A stretch of DNA of 64,000 nucleotides from Salinisphaera sp. UBA1666. Its GTDB lineage: Bacteria > Pseudomonadota > Gammaproteobacteria > Nevskiales > Salinisphaeraceae. Positions 21,353-31,000 of the stretch are shown piece by piece. Location of the stretch: NCBI GenBank assembly GCA_002320455.1, contig DCKU01000186.1:27014-91013 (forward strand), written 5' to 3'. The notes beneath the pieces were generated by a model that saw only the letters and a program-made list of their open reading frames with translations, was not told the DNA's origin and ran no database searches. Each line of letters starts with the position of its first letter. The stretch's first letter is position 1. The position numbers were made by a program, and so were the translations under genes.

Positions 21353-22182
21353 CCGCCGGCCAGTCGCTCGACAACCGACGGGATATCCTCGGGCAAGGGG
21401 CGCAGGCGGCCCGGGGGGAGCCAGAACTGATCGGGGCCGTGGAAGTCGCTGCCGAGCGAGCCGGCTAGCCCCCACTCACGCGCGTCGCGAGCGATTTGCT
21501 GCTCTTGTTGGACGGATGTGGTGCCGGTCGAGATTTCGACCGCCGTACCGCCGGCGGCCACAAAGGCGGCCAGCGCTCGACGACGCCAGGCGCCGGTAAA
21601 GCCGTAGCCGAAGGGGTGGGCGAACACGGCGATGCCGCCGGCAGCACGAATCCAGGTGATAACCGCTTCCAGCGTGGCCCATTCGGCGCGCACGTGGGCC
21701 GGCCGGCCCGGTGCCAGATAGCGTTTGAAGGCATCGGCGACCCGATGCGCCTTGCCCTCGGCAACGATCAGGCGCGCGAAGTGGGCCCGTGTGACCTGGC
21801 CGGTGCCGACCATGGCATCGATTCGCTGGCCTACATCGGTGATCCCCAGGGCCGTGACCCGCTCGACGAGCGCGGCCGCTCGTCGCTCGCGCTCGGCTTG
21901 TTGCGCGGCGACGCCAGCCCTGAGCCCTGCGTGGGTATCGTCGATGCCAAGCCCCACGATATGGAGCGTTCGGCTACGCCAGCCGGCCGAGAGTTCGATG
22001 CCGTTGATCACGTCGACGCCGTATCGCCGGCCGGCCGCTCGCGCCTCGGCCAGGCCGCCTAGTGTGTCGTGATCGGTCAGCGCCAGGCGCGTGACGCCGC
22101 GCTGGTGTACATACGCCACCAGCTCGGCCGGCGACAGCCGCCCGTCAGAGGCGGTGGAATGACTGTGCAGGTCGTCGCTCAT
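21349..22182 (-). CDS. PHP-domain phosphoesterase (YciV/TrpH-like)
   Basis: DLHSHSTASDG, ALTDHDT, GIELS, LHIVGL, AHP, GSDFHG. Confidence 0.92.
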   Translation of the reverse strand: MSDDLHSHSTASDGRLSPAELVAYVHQRGVTRLALTDHDTLGGLAEARAAGRRYGVDVINGIELSAGWRSRTLHIVGLGIDDTHAGLRAGVAAQQAERERRAAALVERVTALGITDVGQRIDAMVGTGQVTRAHFARLIVAEGKAHRVADAFKRYLAPGRPAHVRAEWATLEAVITWIRAAGGIAVFAHPFGYGFTGAWRRRALAAFVAAGGTAVEISTGTTSVQQEQQIARDAREWGLAGSLGSDFHGPDQFWLPPGRLRPLPEDIPSVVERLAGG

Positions 22183-22282
22183 CGATAGGCTTGTCGAGAT
22201 AAGAAAGGGCAGCCGCGATCACTCAGGGCGTCTGCGATCGGGCACTTGTCGTATCATGATGACGTACCGATCGCGAGCGCCG

Positions 22283-23392
22283 ATGTCTATTCTGCCGCAT
22301 GTTCTAAAGACCACCCGTCGTCTGACCGGCCGGTCCGGTGAGAGTCCGGTGGATAGCACCGATTGGGCCGGCTGGGTCGAACGTACGGGCGCGCCCGACG
22401 ATACGGCCACGCGCTTTGACGTCATCCATCGGCGCGCCGGCGTCGCGCTGCGCCACTACCCACGACAGGCGCGCCCGGCCCAGAAAACGCCGCGCACCCC
22501 GCTGGTCCTCGTTCCACCGCTGTCGGTGGCGCTTGGCGTGTATGACCTGAGCGCCGAGCGCAGCCTCGTACAGTATCTTAGCGGGCGTGGGTTTGACCTG
22601 TACCTGATCGACTGGGGCCGGCCGGGCCGGAATCTCGATCGGCGCCGCATGGCTGATTATTTCGCCGGGCTACTGCCGGAAATGCTGGCTCGCGTGCGGG
22701 TGCACAGCGGGCGCACGCGCCTGTCGCTTCACGGCTGGGGCGGTGGCGGCCATTTCGCGCTGTGCCACGCCGCCATGAGCGCGCCCGAACTGGTGGCCAA
22801 TCTCGTGCTCGTCGCCACGCCCATCGACTATCACCACGAGGGCGCGGTGGGCGCGCGGGTGCGCCGGCTGGCTGCCCGCGGCCAGCGGCTGCGCCGGGCC
22901 ACCGGGCTTACCCTGGGCCGGTTGCCGCCGGTGTTGCTGCACGCCCCGGGCTGGATGAGCCAGCTGGCCCTGCGTTGGGGGCCGATGGACGCCTCGGGCA
23001 GCCCGGATACGGCCTACGATGAAGAAAACGCACTACGCGCCCGCGCGGTCGGGCATATCGAAAACGAGGGCATCGCTGCCTATCCGGGCGGGTTCATCGC
23101 AGACGTGATCGATCATCTATGGATCGACAATGCGCTGGCGACGGGGCGCCTGCCGATGCCCGGTGCGGCCGTGGGGCTTTCCGCGGTACGCGTGCCGATC
23201 CTGGCGGTCGTCGGCCAAAGCGATCAGCAGGCCACGCCCGGCTCGGCCCGGCGGCTGGCTGACGTGGTGGCCTCGCACGATGTGATGTTCGACGAGCTGC
23301 CCTGTGGCCACGTCGGCGCGCTCACCGGCGGTGCAGCCGCTCGTTACAGCTGGCCGCGGATTGCCGACTGGCTGATCGCCCACGAGCAATGA
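22283..23392 (+). CDS. Alpha/beta-hydrolase fold, PhaC class III-like; nucleophile position is Gly
   Basis: PLVLVPPL..YDL..ERSLVQYL..RGFDLYLIDWG, ATPIDY, GQSD, GHVG; lipase box reads HGWGGGG. Confidence 0.75.
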   Translation: MSILPHVLKTTRRLTGRSGESPVDSTDWAGWVERTGAPDDTATRFDVIHRRAGVALRHYPRQARPAQKTPRTPLVLVPPLSVALGVYDLSAERSLVQYLSGRGFDLYLIDWGRPGRNLDRRRMADYFAGLLPEMLARVRVHSGRTRLSLHGWGGGGHFALCHAAMSAPELVANLVLVATPIDYHHEGAVGARVRRLAARGQRLRRATGLTLGRLPPVLLHAPGWMSQLALRWGPMDASGSPDTAYDEENALRARAVGHIENEGIAAYPGGFIADVIDHLWIDNALATGRLPMPGAAVGLSAVRVPILAVVGQSDQQATPGSARRLADVVASHDVMFDELPCGHVGALTGGAAARYSWPRIADWLIAHEQ

Positions 23393-23455
23393 CGCGTTGG
23401 CGGGGCGCGGCGGGCGCGCTAAGTTGGTGGAATTGATGGGTGCTACGAGCCGAGC

Positions 23456-25117
23456 ATGCGAGCCGATTGTGATGCGTTGATCGTCGGGGCCGGGCTGGCC
23501 GGCCTGGTGGCGGCCTGTGAGCTGGCCGATGCCGGAAAAACGGTCTGGCTGATCGAGCAGGAGGGCGCCAACAGCGTCGGCGGCCAGGCGCACTGGTCGC
23601 TGGGCGGGTTGTTCATGGTCGACACTCCCGAACAGCGGCGCTGGCGGATCAAAGACTCGCCCGAGCTGGCCCTGAACGACTGGCTGGGTTCGGCAGCCTT
23701 CGACCGGGCCGAGGACGCCTGGCCGCGCGCCGTGGCTGAGGCCTTTGTCGAATTCGCCGCCGGGCCGATGCGCGCCTGGCTGCATCAACTTGGCATGCGC
23801 TGGTTTCCTGTCGTGGGTTGGGCCGAGCGCGGCGGCGGCCACGCCGGTGGTCATGGCAATTCGGTGCCGCGGTTCCATCTCACCTGGGGCACGGGCCCGG
23901 GCGTGGTCGCACCCTTTGCCGCGCGTCTGGCCGAACACGAGCGCTCAGGGCGCGTGCAATATCGGTTTCGTCATCGCGTGGATGAACTGGTGACCGCCGG
24001 TGGGGCGGTGACGGGTGTATCCGGGCATACGCTGGTCGACGACGGCGTTGTGCGGGGCGCGCGCTCGTCGCGACAGACCATCGGTGAGTTCGCGTATCAC
24101 GCCGGCTGTGTGATCGTGGCTTCGGGCGGCATCGGCGGCGATCACGACAAGGTACGCGCGGCCTGGCCGCGTGAGCGTCTGGGCACGCCGCCCGCACACA
24201 TGCTCTCCGGCGTGCCCCACCACGTTGACGGGCGAATGATCGATATCACCACGCGTGACGGCGCGGCGCATGTGATCAACGCCGATCGTATGTGGCACTA
24301 CACCGAGGGTATTGCCAACTGGGACCCGATCTGGCCGGCCCACGGCATCCGTATCATCCCCGGCCCGTCGTCGTTGTGGCTGGACGCCGACGGCAAACGT
24401 TTCGAAGCGCCGTGCCTGCCCGGTTTCGATACGCTGGCGACCCTGCAGGCGATCCGTGCGCGAGAGCATGAGTACTCTTGGTTCGTGCTGGACCAGTCCA
24501 TCATCGAAAAAGAGTTCGCCCTGTCCGGCTCGGAGCAGAATCCGGATATGACCGGCGCCACGTGGCGTGGCGTGCTGGCCAACCGCCTGTCCAAGGGGGC
24601 GCCGCCGCCGGTCGAGGCGTTTAAGAACAAAGGCGCAGACTTCGTGGTGGCCGACAACGTCGATGCGCTGGCCGCCGGCATGAATCGGATCACGGGCGAG
24701 ACGCGCATTACCGCAGAGGGCCTGCGTCGTACCATCGCTGACCGCGACGGCCAGCTGGCCAACGGCTTTTCCAAGGACGCGCAGCTGGCGGCGATCAACA
24801 ATGCTCGCGGCTATGCCGGCGATCGGCTGTTTCGTGTCGCCAAGCCGCACCGGCTTCTGGATAGCGCCCACGGGCCGCTGATTGCCGTGCGGCTGCATAT
24901 CCTCACGCGCAAGACGCTGGGCGGCCTGCATACCGATCTCGACGGGCGCGCGCTGGACGGCCACGGCCGGCCGATCGCCGGTCTGTATGCGGTGGGCGAG
25001 GCGGCCGGCTTTGGTGGCGGTGGGTATCACGGCTATAACGCCCTGGAAGGCACGTTTCTCGGCGGCTGTCTGTTCACCGGCCGGCGCGCTGGCCTACACG
25101 CTGTCACGGTATGCTGA
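23456..25117 (+). CDS. FAD-binding dehydrogenase (KstD-like family), substrate unknown
   Basis: IVGAGLAGLVAA Rossmann motif, GGQAHWSLGGLF, GNSVPRFHLTWGTG, RKTLGGL.TD, LEGTFLGGC. Confidence 0.88.
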   Translation: MRADCDALIVGAGLAGLVAACELADAGKTVWLIEQEGANSVGGQAHWSLGGLFMVDTPEQRRWRIKDSPELALNDWLGSAAFDRAEDAWPRAVAEAFVEFAAGPMRAWLHQLGMRWFPVVGWAERGGGHAGGHGNSVPRFHLTWGTGPGVVAPFAARLAEHERSGRVQYRFRHRVDELVTAGGAVTGVSGHTLVDDGVVRGARSSRQTIGEFAYHAGCVIVASGGIGGDHDKVRAAWPRERLGTPPAHMLSGVPHHVDGRMIDITTRDGAAHVINADRMWHYTEGIANWDPIWPAHGIRIIPGPSSLWLDADGKRFEAPCLPGFDTLATLQAIRAREHEYSWFVLDQSIIEKEFALSGSEQNPDMTGATWRGVLANRLSKGAPPPVEAFKNKGADFVVADNVDALAAGMNRITGETRITAEGLRRTIADRDGQLANGFSKDAQLAAINNARGYAGDRLFRVAKPHRLLDSAHGPLIAVRLHILTRKTLGGLHTDLDGRALDGHGRPIAGLYAVGEAAGFGGGGYHGYNALEGTFLGGCLFTGRRAGLHAVTVC

Positions 25118-25764
25118 AAAATCTCTTGTTCGACCTCGACGGCACGCTCACCGATCCGTTCGAGGGCATCACGCGATGCGTGGCCTACGCGCTGGCTGGC
25201 TTTGATATTCATGTGGCCGACCGGCGGGCGCTGTCCGGCTATATCGGGCCGCCGCTCAAGCAGAGCTTCGCGGACTATCACGGGTTGTCTGCCGATGAGG
25301 CCGGACGGGCGGTCGCCCTTTATCGCGAGCGTTTCGCGACCGTCGGCCAATACGAAAATAGGGTCTATGACGGAATCCCCGAGCTGCTGGCCGAGCGCCG
25401 GGCGGCTGGCCAGCGCCTGTTCGTGGCGACCTCCAAGCCCACCTGCTTTGCCGAGACTATCGCGGCACACTTTGGCCTGGCGGACTACTTCGAGGCGGTC
25501 TACGGCAGCGAGCTGGACGGCACGCGCACGGATAAAAAAGAGCTGCTGGCTCATCTGCTGGCCGAAGAAGATCTATGCCCGCGGGAGACGCTGATGATCG
25601 GCGACCGGCGCTACGACATCGAGGGTGGGGCGGCCAACGGGCTGGCCACGGTCGGCGTGGCTTATGGCTACGGCGGCGAGGCCGAACTGCGCGCCGCCGG
25701 CGCGGATCATCTCTGTGATTCACCGGCCGCGCTGGGCGCGATGCTGGCGGCTTGTCGGGCGTAG
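25111..25764 (+). CDS. HAD-family phosphatase (phosphoglycolate phosphatase/5'-nucleotidase-like)
   Basis: FDLDGTL, ATSK, MIGDR.YD, GV.YGYG. Confidence 0.9.
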   Translation: MLKNLLFDLDGTLTDPFEGITRCVAYALAGFDIHVADRRALSGYIGPPLKQSFADYHGLSADEAGRAVALYRERFATVGQYENRVYDGIPELLAERRAAGQRLFVATSKPTCFAETIAAHFGLADYFEAVYGSELDGTRTDKKELLAHLLAEEDLCPRETLMIGDRRYDIEGGAANGLATVGVAYGYGGEAELRAAGADHLCDSPAALGAMLAACRA

Positions 25765-25819
25765 TACCGCTGACGACAATACGCTAACGTATGGTCATGG
25801 TTTGTTCTGGCCCAAGCGC

Positions 25820-26647
25820 ATGACCGACGCCGATTCTTCTCGTACGCCCCTGTCGCAGCTGCTGGCTGCGATCCAGGCCGCCGATCACGGCGCCGCCGAG
25901 CTGGTTATCCCCGACGACTGGCTACAGGGTCGGGCCATTTATGGCGGGCTATCGGCGGCGCTTTGCCTGCAGTCGGTGCTGTCGCATCTGGGTGAGACCG
26001 CGCCGCTGCGTAGTGCCCAGCTGGCCTTCATATCACCGGCGGGGCCGGGCGTGCGGCTAGTGCCCAGCGTGCTGCGCCAGGGCAAGTCGGCCACGTTTGC
26101 CGGCGCGGATTTGTGTCGAGACGACGGCGGTGTGGCCGCACGGGCCACGTTCTGTTTCGGCAAGGCGCGCGACTCAAAGCTGGCCGTCGATCGCTTGCCC
26201 GCGCCGGACGTGCCCGACGCGAATGACTGCAGCGGGTTCTTCGAGGACGCGAACGGCGTTAATCACGGGCCCAACTTCGCGCGACACTTCGACAGCCGCC
26301 GTGCGGCTGATGCCATGCCGATGTCCGGCGCGTCGTCGCCGGTTTTTACGGCCTGGATGCGTCATCGCGATCGCGATATCGCCTCGACGCCCGTCGCCCT
26401 GGCCGCCCTGGGCGATGCGTTGCCACCGGCCGCCATGGCGATGTTCGAGACCGCGGCACCGGTCAGCAGCATGACCTGGCAGTTCGAGCTGTTGAGCGAT
26501 GATCCGACCACCGAAGACGGCTGGTGGCTGTCGCAGTCGCGTGCCGAAACCATCGGCCAAGGGTATGCCAGCCAGGCCATGACGATCTGGAACCACGCCC
26601 GACAACCTATTCTTGTCGGTCGACAGAGCGTCGCGGTGTTTTACTAG
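25820..26647 (+). CDS. TesB-like thioesterase family protein
   Basis: WLQGRAIYGG, LRQGKS, DALPP, SSMTW, GYASQ. Start chosen at ATG 25820. Confidence 0.85.
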   Translation: MTDADSSRTPLSQLLAAIQAADHGAAELVIPDDWLQGRAIYGGLSAALCLQSVLSHLGETAPLRSAQLAFISPAGPGVRLVPSVLRQGKSATFAGADLCRDDGGVAARATFCFGKARDSKLAVDRLPAPDVPDANDCSGFFEDANGVNHGPNFARHFDSRRAADAMPMSGASSPVFTAWMRHRDRDIASTPVALAALGDALPPAAMAMFETAAPVSSMTWQFELLSDDPTTEDGWWLSQSRAETIGQGYASQAMTIWNHARQPILVGRQSVAVFY

Positions 26648-26798
26648 AGCCCGTAAAAACGTCGTACGCGCGCCGCGCGAACAAGCCCTAAATCGTGGTG
26701 TGAAACGGTTGGCGCTGTATCACGCGTCCGCCGTTGGCCGCCCCGGCGTAGACCCGGCAGAAAGCGCTGATGGCCAAATGCAACCGATTTTCGGTTGC

Positions 26799-26819
26799 AA
26801 ATACGAATAGTTCTTATTT
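26799..26819. promoter_or_regulatory. Candidate Fur box upstream of the siderophore receptor
   Basis: Imperfect palindrome AAATACGAA-TAG-TTCTTATTT in an AT-rich patch. Confidence 0.45.
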
Positions 26820-26876
26820 AGAATCCAATGCGTTGGCCGATCTGGTCGCAGCATGATTCTTCGGGGAGCTAGGGGT

Positions 26877-29156
26877 ATGGCACGCGCAATGGACAGCACA
26901 CGAGTCCGACATCTTTGGCCGATGGCTTTTGTTATAGCCGCCGGCGTCTCGCCGGTTTCGGTATGGGCCCAGGCGCCGGCTGCGCCGGCCGGCGGTGCAG
27001 AGCCTGCCGACACGCTATCGCCGAATGAAGTGCCGGCCCGCCGCGCTGCACCGGCCGCCGAGGCGCCCACCACGAATCTCTCGACGGTATCGGTCACGAC
27101 GTCTGCACTTCGCCCGGGCGAGGGCTATACCAAGCTCGACACCGACGCCGCGACAAAGACCGATACACCGCTGATCCGTACGCCGCAGACCGTGGATGTC
27201 GTACAGCAGGATCAGATCAACGATCAGGGCTCACGCACGGTCAACAACGCGCTGCGCTATACGCCGGGGGTGTTCACCGGGCTGTCAGGCGCCTCGACGC
27301 GCCAGACCGTGGCGGCGCTGCGCGGCTTTGCCGGCGGCGACGTCAACAACACGTTCATGGACGGTCTGCGGCTGCAGAGTGACCCCGGCGCTTACAGCAA
27401 CATCCAGATCGATCCGTTCTTCATCGACAGCATCGAAGTGGTCAAGGGCCCCAGCTCGGTGACCTATGGCCGGGTGCAGCCAGGTGGCTTGATCAACTAC
27501 TCGATGAAAAAGCCCAGCCGCGAGACCCAGCGTCACGTGCGCCTGTACGGCGGCAATTACGACACCTTTGGCGGCGGGCTGGACGTACAGGGCGCGCTGC
27601 CCGACGAATCACTGGGCGCCTATCGCATCGTGGTGGGCGGGGATACGAGCAGCACCCAATACGACGTGGTCGACCGCGATCGTTTCACGATCATGCCGGA
27701 GCTGAGCCTGGATCTCACCGACGACACCAATCTGCTGCTTTATGCTTATATCCAGCGCGACCCGGAAGGGGGCTTTCACGGTGCGGTGCCTTATGACCTA
27801 AGTGTGAGCAATCGTCGCTTCGGGCGTACCGTGGACGAAGAATGGGTCGATACCTCGGCCAACTTCGAGAAGTTCGACCGCGATACCGATATCTATTCGT
27901 ACGAGCTGACGCATCACGTCAACGATCAGATCAAGCTGACGTCAAAAGCGCAGTACACCGATCTCGACGTAGATTTCCAGCAGATCTATCAAACCGGCTT
28001 TGCCAACGCGGCCACGGATCGTGCTGATCCCACCCTGCGTCGCACCGCCGGCGAAGCCGATGAGCATCTCACGGCTATCGTGCTGGACAACCATGCCCAG
28101 TTCGACTTCAACACCGGCGAGATCGGTCACACCGTGCTCGCGGGCATCGGCTGGCAGAAGCGGGATACGCGCGCCCAGGAACGCTACGGCAGCGCGACCA
28201 ATCTCGATCCGTTCAATCCCGACTACTACGAAAGCGAGCCGGTCACCTCACTGGGCGCCTTCGGCGGCTGGAACGCGCGTGAGACGACCCAGTTGGGGCT
28301 CTATCTACAGGACCAGCTCGAATGGAAGGGGCTCAACGTGGTCTTGAGTGGCCGTCAAGATTATCTGGACCGTCAGATCGTGCCGGCCAGCGGTACGATC
28401 GCCTCGCGCAGCGATGACAAGTTCACCTGGCGAGGGGCCGTGCTCTATGAGTCGTCTATCGGCCTGAGCCCTTATTTTTCCTATAGCGAAGGCTTTGCCC
28501 CCGGGGCATTTTCGGCCGACGGCGATAACAATATTTCCGATCCGGTCGAGAGCGATCAATACGAGGTCGGCGTGAAATACAAGCCGACCGGTATCGATGC
28601 GCTTTTCACGGTCGCGCTCTACGACCTGACGCAATCCAACATCCAGCAGCGCGCCACGGTGACCAATCCCACCTTTGTGGGCGTGGGCGATATTCAGTCG
28701 CGCGGGGTCGAGCTTTCAGCCAAGGCGGACATCAACGATCGTCTGCACGTGGTGGCCGGCTACAGCTTCGCTGATATCGAGTACCAGCAGGACATTAACG
28801 CCCAGGCGCTCACCGCTCGCAAGGGCGCCGTACCGGCCCGTACGCCTGAGCAACTGGGGTCGCTGTGGCTGAAATACGACTTTCCGCGCCAGATTCAGGC
28901 CGGTGTGGGCGGCAACTACACGGGCGAGAGCTATGCCGACGGCGAAGAGGACCGAAAGGTGCCCGACTACGCCACGGCCGACCTGATGTTGCGTAGCGAT
29001 CTCGGCGAATGGGCGCGTCAGCTCGACGGCGCCAGCCTCCAGCTCAACGTGAACAACGTGTTCGATAAAGAATACGTGGCGTCCTGCTTCAGCGAAAACT
29101 ACTGCTACTACGGCGATGCCCGGCGCATTACCGCCCAGCTTGACTACCGTTTTTGA
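26877..29156 (+). CDS. TonB-dependent siderophore receptor (FoxA/FhuA-like)
   Basis: ATKTDTPL..TPQTV, ALRYTPGV, IEVVKGPSSV.YG...PGG.IN plug, QYEVGVK, LNVNNVFDKEY, C-terminal Phe. Start uncertain (26853-26922). Confidence 0.95.
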   Translation: MARAMDSTRVRHLWPMAFVIAAGVSPVSVWAQAPAAPAGGAEPADTLSPNEVPARRAAPAAEAPTTNLSTVSVTTSALRPGEGYTKLDTDAATKTDTPLIRTPQTVDVVQQDQINDQGSRTVNNALRYTPGVFTGLSGASTRQTVAALRGFAGGDVNNTFMDGLRLQSDPGAYSNIQIDPFFIDSIEVVKGPSSVTYGRVQPGGLINYSMKKPSRETQRHVRLYGGNYDTFGGGLDVQGALPDESLGAYRIVVGGDTSSTQYDVVDRDRFTIMPELSLDLTDDTNLLLYAYIQRDPEGGFHGAVPYDLSVSNRRFGRTVDEEWVDTSANFEKFDRDTDIYSYELTHHVNDQIKLTSKAQYTDLDVDFQQIYQTGFANAATDRADPTLRRTAGEADEHLTAIVLDNHAQFDFNTGEIGHTVLAGIGWQKRDTRAQERYGSATNLDPFNPDYYESEPVTSLGAFGGWNARETTQLGLYLQDQLEWKGLNVVLSGRQDYLDRQIVPASGTIASRSDDKFTWRGAVLYESSIGLSPYFSYSEGFAPGAFSADGDNNISDPVESDQYEVGVKYKPTGIDALFTVALYDLTQSNIQQRATVTNPTFVGVGDIQSRGVELSAKADINDRLHVVAGYSFADIEYQQDINAQALTARKGAVPARTPEQLGSLWLKYDFPRQIQAGVGGNYTGESYADGEEDRKVPDYATADLMLRSDLGEWARQLDGASLQLNVNNVFDKEYVASCFSENYCYYGDARRITAQLDYRF

Positions 29157-29166
29157 TCGGCGCCCC

Positions 29167-29315
29167 GGGCCTGTTGCGTTTCATATGAGTCCGGGCCGAG
29201 CGCTGCCTGCCGCTGGTGAGTCTTGATTGTGGCACGTCACAACCCGGGGCTCGCGCCTTGCAGCACACACAGCGGACGCTCGACGAAGGCGCTTATATGA
29301 AACCCCAACAGTCCC
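29167..29315. mobile_element. Degenerate MITE-like element / long hairpin with about 25-bp terminal inverted repeats
   Basis: Left arm GGGCCTGTTG-CGTTTCATATGAGT versus reverse complement of right arm GGGACTGTTGGGGTTTCATATAAGC; nested internal stems; no credible ORF. Confidence 0.55.
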
Positions 29316-29440
29316 AAGCGCAAAAAGTTCTATCGCCATTGGGAACAACCGAAAGGTCGTTGTGTCATGAACATTACATGGGGCGATGTAAGCATTGCCC
29401 GACTCCGGCTATCGATTCGACACAACGTCGAGGTTTGATT

Positions 29441-31000
29441 ATGGCGCTACCGTCTCTACAGCTGTCCGGCCGAGCACACGCCGGTGAAGCCCCATCTTTG
29501 GTCAACCGGCGCGGTGCGGCCACGCTGGTATCGCAAACGCACGCCGCGATCGACACCGTGGCCGGGGCCATCGAACAAGCCCGCAAGCCGTGTTCCGGGG
29601 CAACGCCGGCCACGCTGGCCCCGCGTATCTCGCAGATTACGCTGGACGGGCCGGGGATCGGCTTCGACAACGCACTAGACGAGCTGGGCCCGCTCTATCT
29701 GGACCCGGCGATCTATTTTCATCACCCGCGCTACGTAGCGCACTTGAATTGCCCGGTGTTGACGAGCGCTGCGGCAGCCGAGGTGGTGGCCGCGGCCATC
29801 AATACCTCGATGGATACGTGGGATCAGAGCACCGGGGCCACGCTGATCGAGCAGAAGCTCATCGCCTGGACAGCCGAACGCGCGCACCTGCCGGACAGCG
29901 CCGACGGCATATTTACCAGCGGCGGCACGCAGTCCAATCTCATGGCGCTGCTGCTGGCCCGTGAACATATGGGGGCCACCCGCTACGGCCCGGGGTTCAT
30001 CGCCGACAATGGCTTGCCCCCCGAGGCCTCTCGGTGGCGTATTTTTGTCTCCGAGGCCAGTCATTTCTCCAGTGCCAAGGCCGCCTCGCTGCTAGGGCTC
30101 GGCCAGAAAGCCGTGGTCTCGGTGGCGGCCGATGCCGACTGGCGGATGGATATCGGTGCCCTGGGCCGAGCCATGGATGCTGCCGTCGCGGCGGGCGAGA
30201 TTCCCATGGCTGTGGTGGCCACCTTTGGCACCACTGACTTTGGCAGTATCGACGACGTGGCCGGGGCAGCCCGTCTCGCACGCGCCCACGGCGCCTGGCT
30301 ACACGTAGATGCGGCCTACGGCTGTGGGCTGCTGGTCTCGCCGACTCGGTCACACGAGGCCCGGGCGCTCGCGCATGCCGACTCGCTCACGGTGGATTAT
30401 CACAAGGCGTTCTTTCAGCCGGTGGCCTGTAGTGCGCTATTGGTGGCCCAGGGCGTGCATCTTGGCTATGTGACGCATCACGCGGATTATCTCAATCCGG
30501 TCGAGGCCGCTGAGGCGGGTACGCCGGATCAGGTCAACAAATCGCTGCAGACTACGCGTCGTTTCGATGCGCTCAAGCTCTGGATGAGCCTGCGCAGCGT
30601 GGGGGCAGACGCCATCGGTGAGCTGTTTGATGCCGGCTGCGCGCTGGCCCGGGCCACCTATCAGCGCATGCTGGCCGAGCCGCGCCTGGATCTGTTGCAT
30701 GCCCCTGAACTGGGCACGCTGGTGTTTCGGTTTCGGCCCAGTCTGGGGCTGGCCCCGGAATCCCTGGATGCCTTGAACGATGCTATCCGCGCGGATCTGG
30801 CCGCCCGGGGTGAGGCGATGCTGGCCGGTACCAAGATTCGTGGGCGTCGATATCTTAAGTTCACGTTGTTGAACGCTGCCACCACGCCCGAGCAGATGGC
30901 CGAGATCGTCACGCTGGTGTTGAACACCGGCGAACGGCTCGCCGCCGATCACGTGCCGGCGCTGGCGGTCGTGGGCGGACGGGAGAACGTCGATGTCTGA
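29441..31000 (+). CDS. PLP-dependent group II decarboxylase (DesA/DfoJ-like lysine decarboxylase)
   Basis: FHHPRYVAHLNCP, WDQS, FTSGGTQSN, HVDAAYG, DYHK, KSLQTTRRFDALK; GAGG before ATG 29441. Confidence 0.92.
   Translation: MALPSLQLSGRAHAGEAPSLVNRRGAATLVSQTHAAIDTVAGAIEQARKPCSGATPATLAPRISQITLDGPGIGFDNALDELGPLYLDPAIYFHHPRYVAHLNCPVLTSAAAAEVVAAAINTSMDTWDQSTGATLIEQKLIAWTAERAHLPDSADGIFTSGGTQSNLMALLLAREHMGATRYGPGFIADNGLPPEASRWRIFVSEASHFSSAKAASLLGLGQKAVVSVAADADWRMDIGALGRAMDAAVAAGEIPMAVVATFGTTDFGSIDDVAGAARLARAHGAWLHVDAAYGCGLLVSPTRSHEARALAHADSLTVDYHKAFFQPVACSALLVAQGVHLGYVTHHADYLNPVEAAEAGTPDQVNKSLQTTRRFDALKLWMSLRSVGADAIGELFDAGCALARATYQRMLAEPRLDLLHAPELGTLVFRFRPSLGLAPESLDALNDAIRADLAARGEAMLAGTKIRGRRYLKFTLLNAATTPEQMAEIVTLVLNTGERLAADHVPALAVVGGRENVDV

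Noticed and set aside
29167-29315. 6S RNA or SRP RNA identity for the long hairpin
   Set aside because: Wrong genomic context, no SRP core motif, and terminal inverted repeats fit a MITE better.
29216-29440. 75-aa N-terminal extension of the decarboxylase
   Set aside because: It begins inside the MITE-like hairpin and lacks family motifs; ATG 29441 has an RBS-like GAGG.
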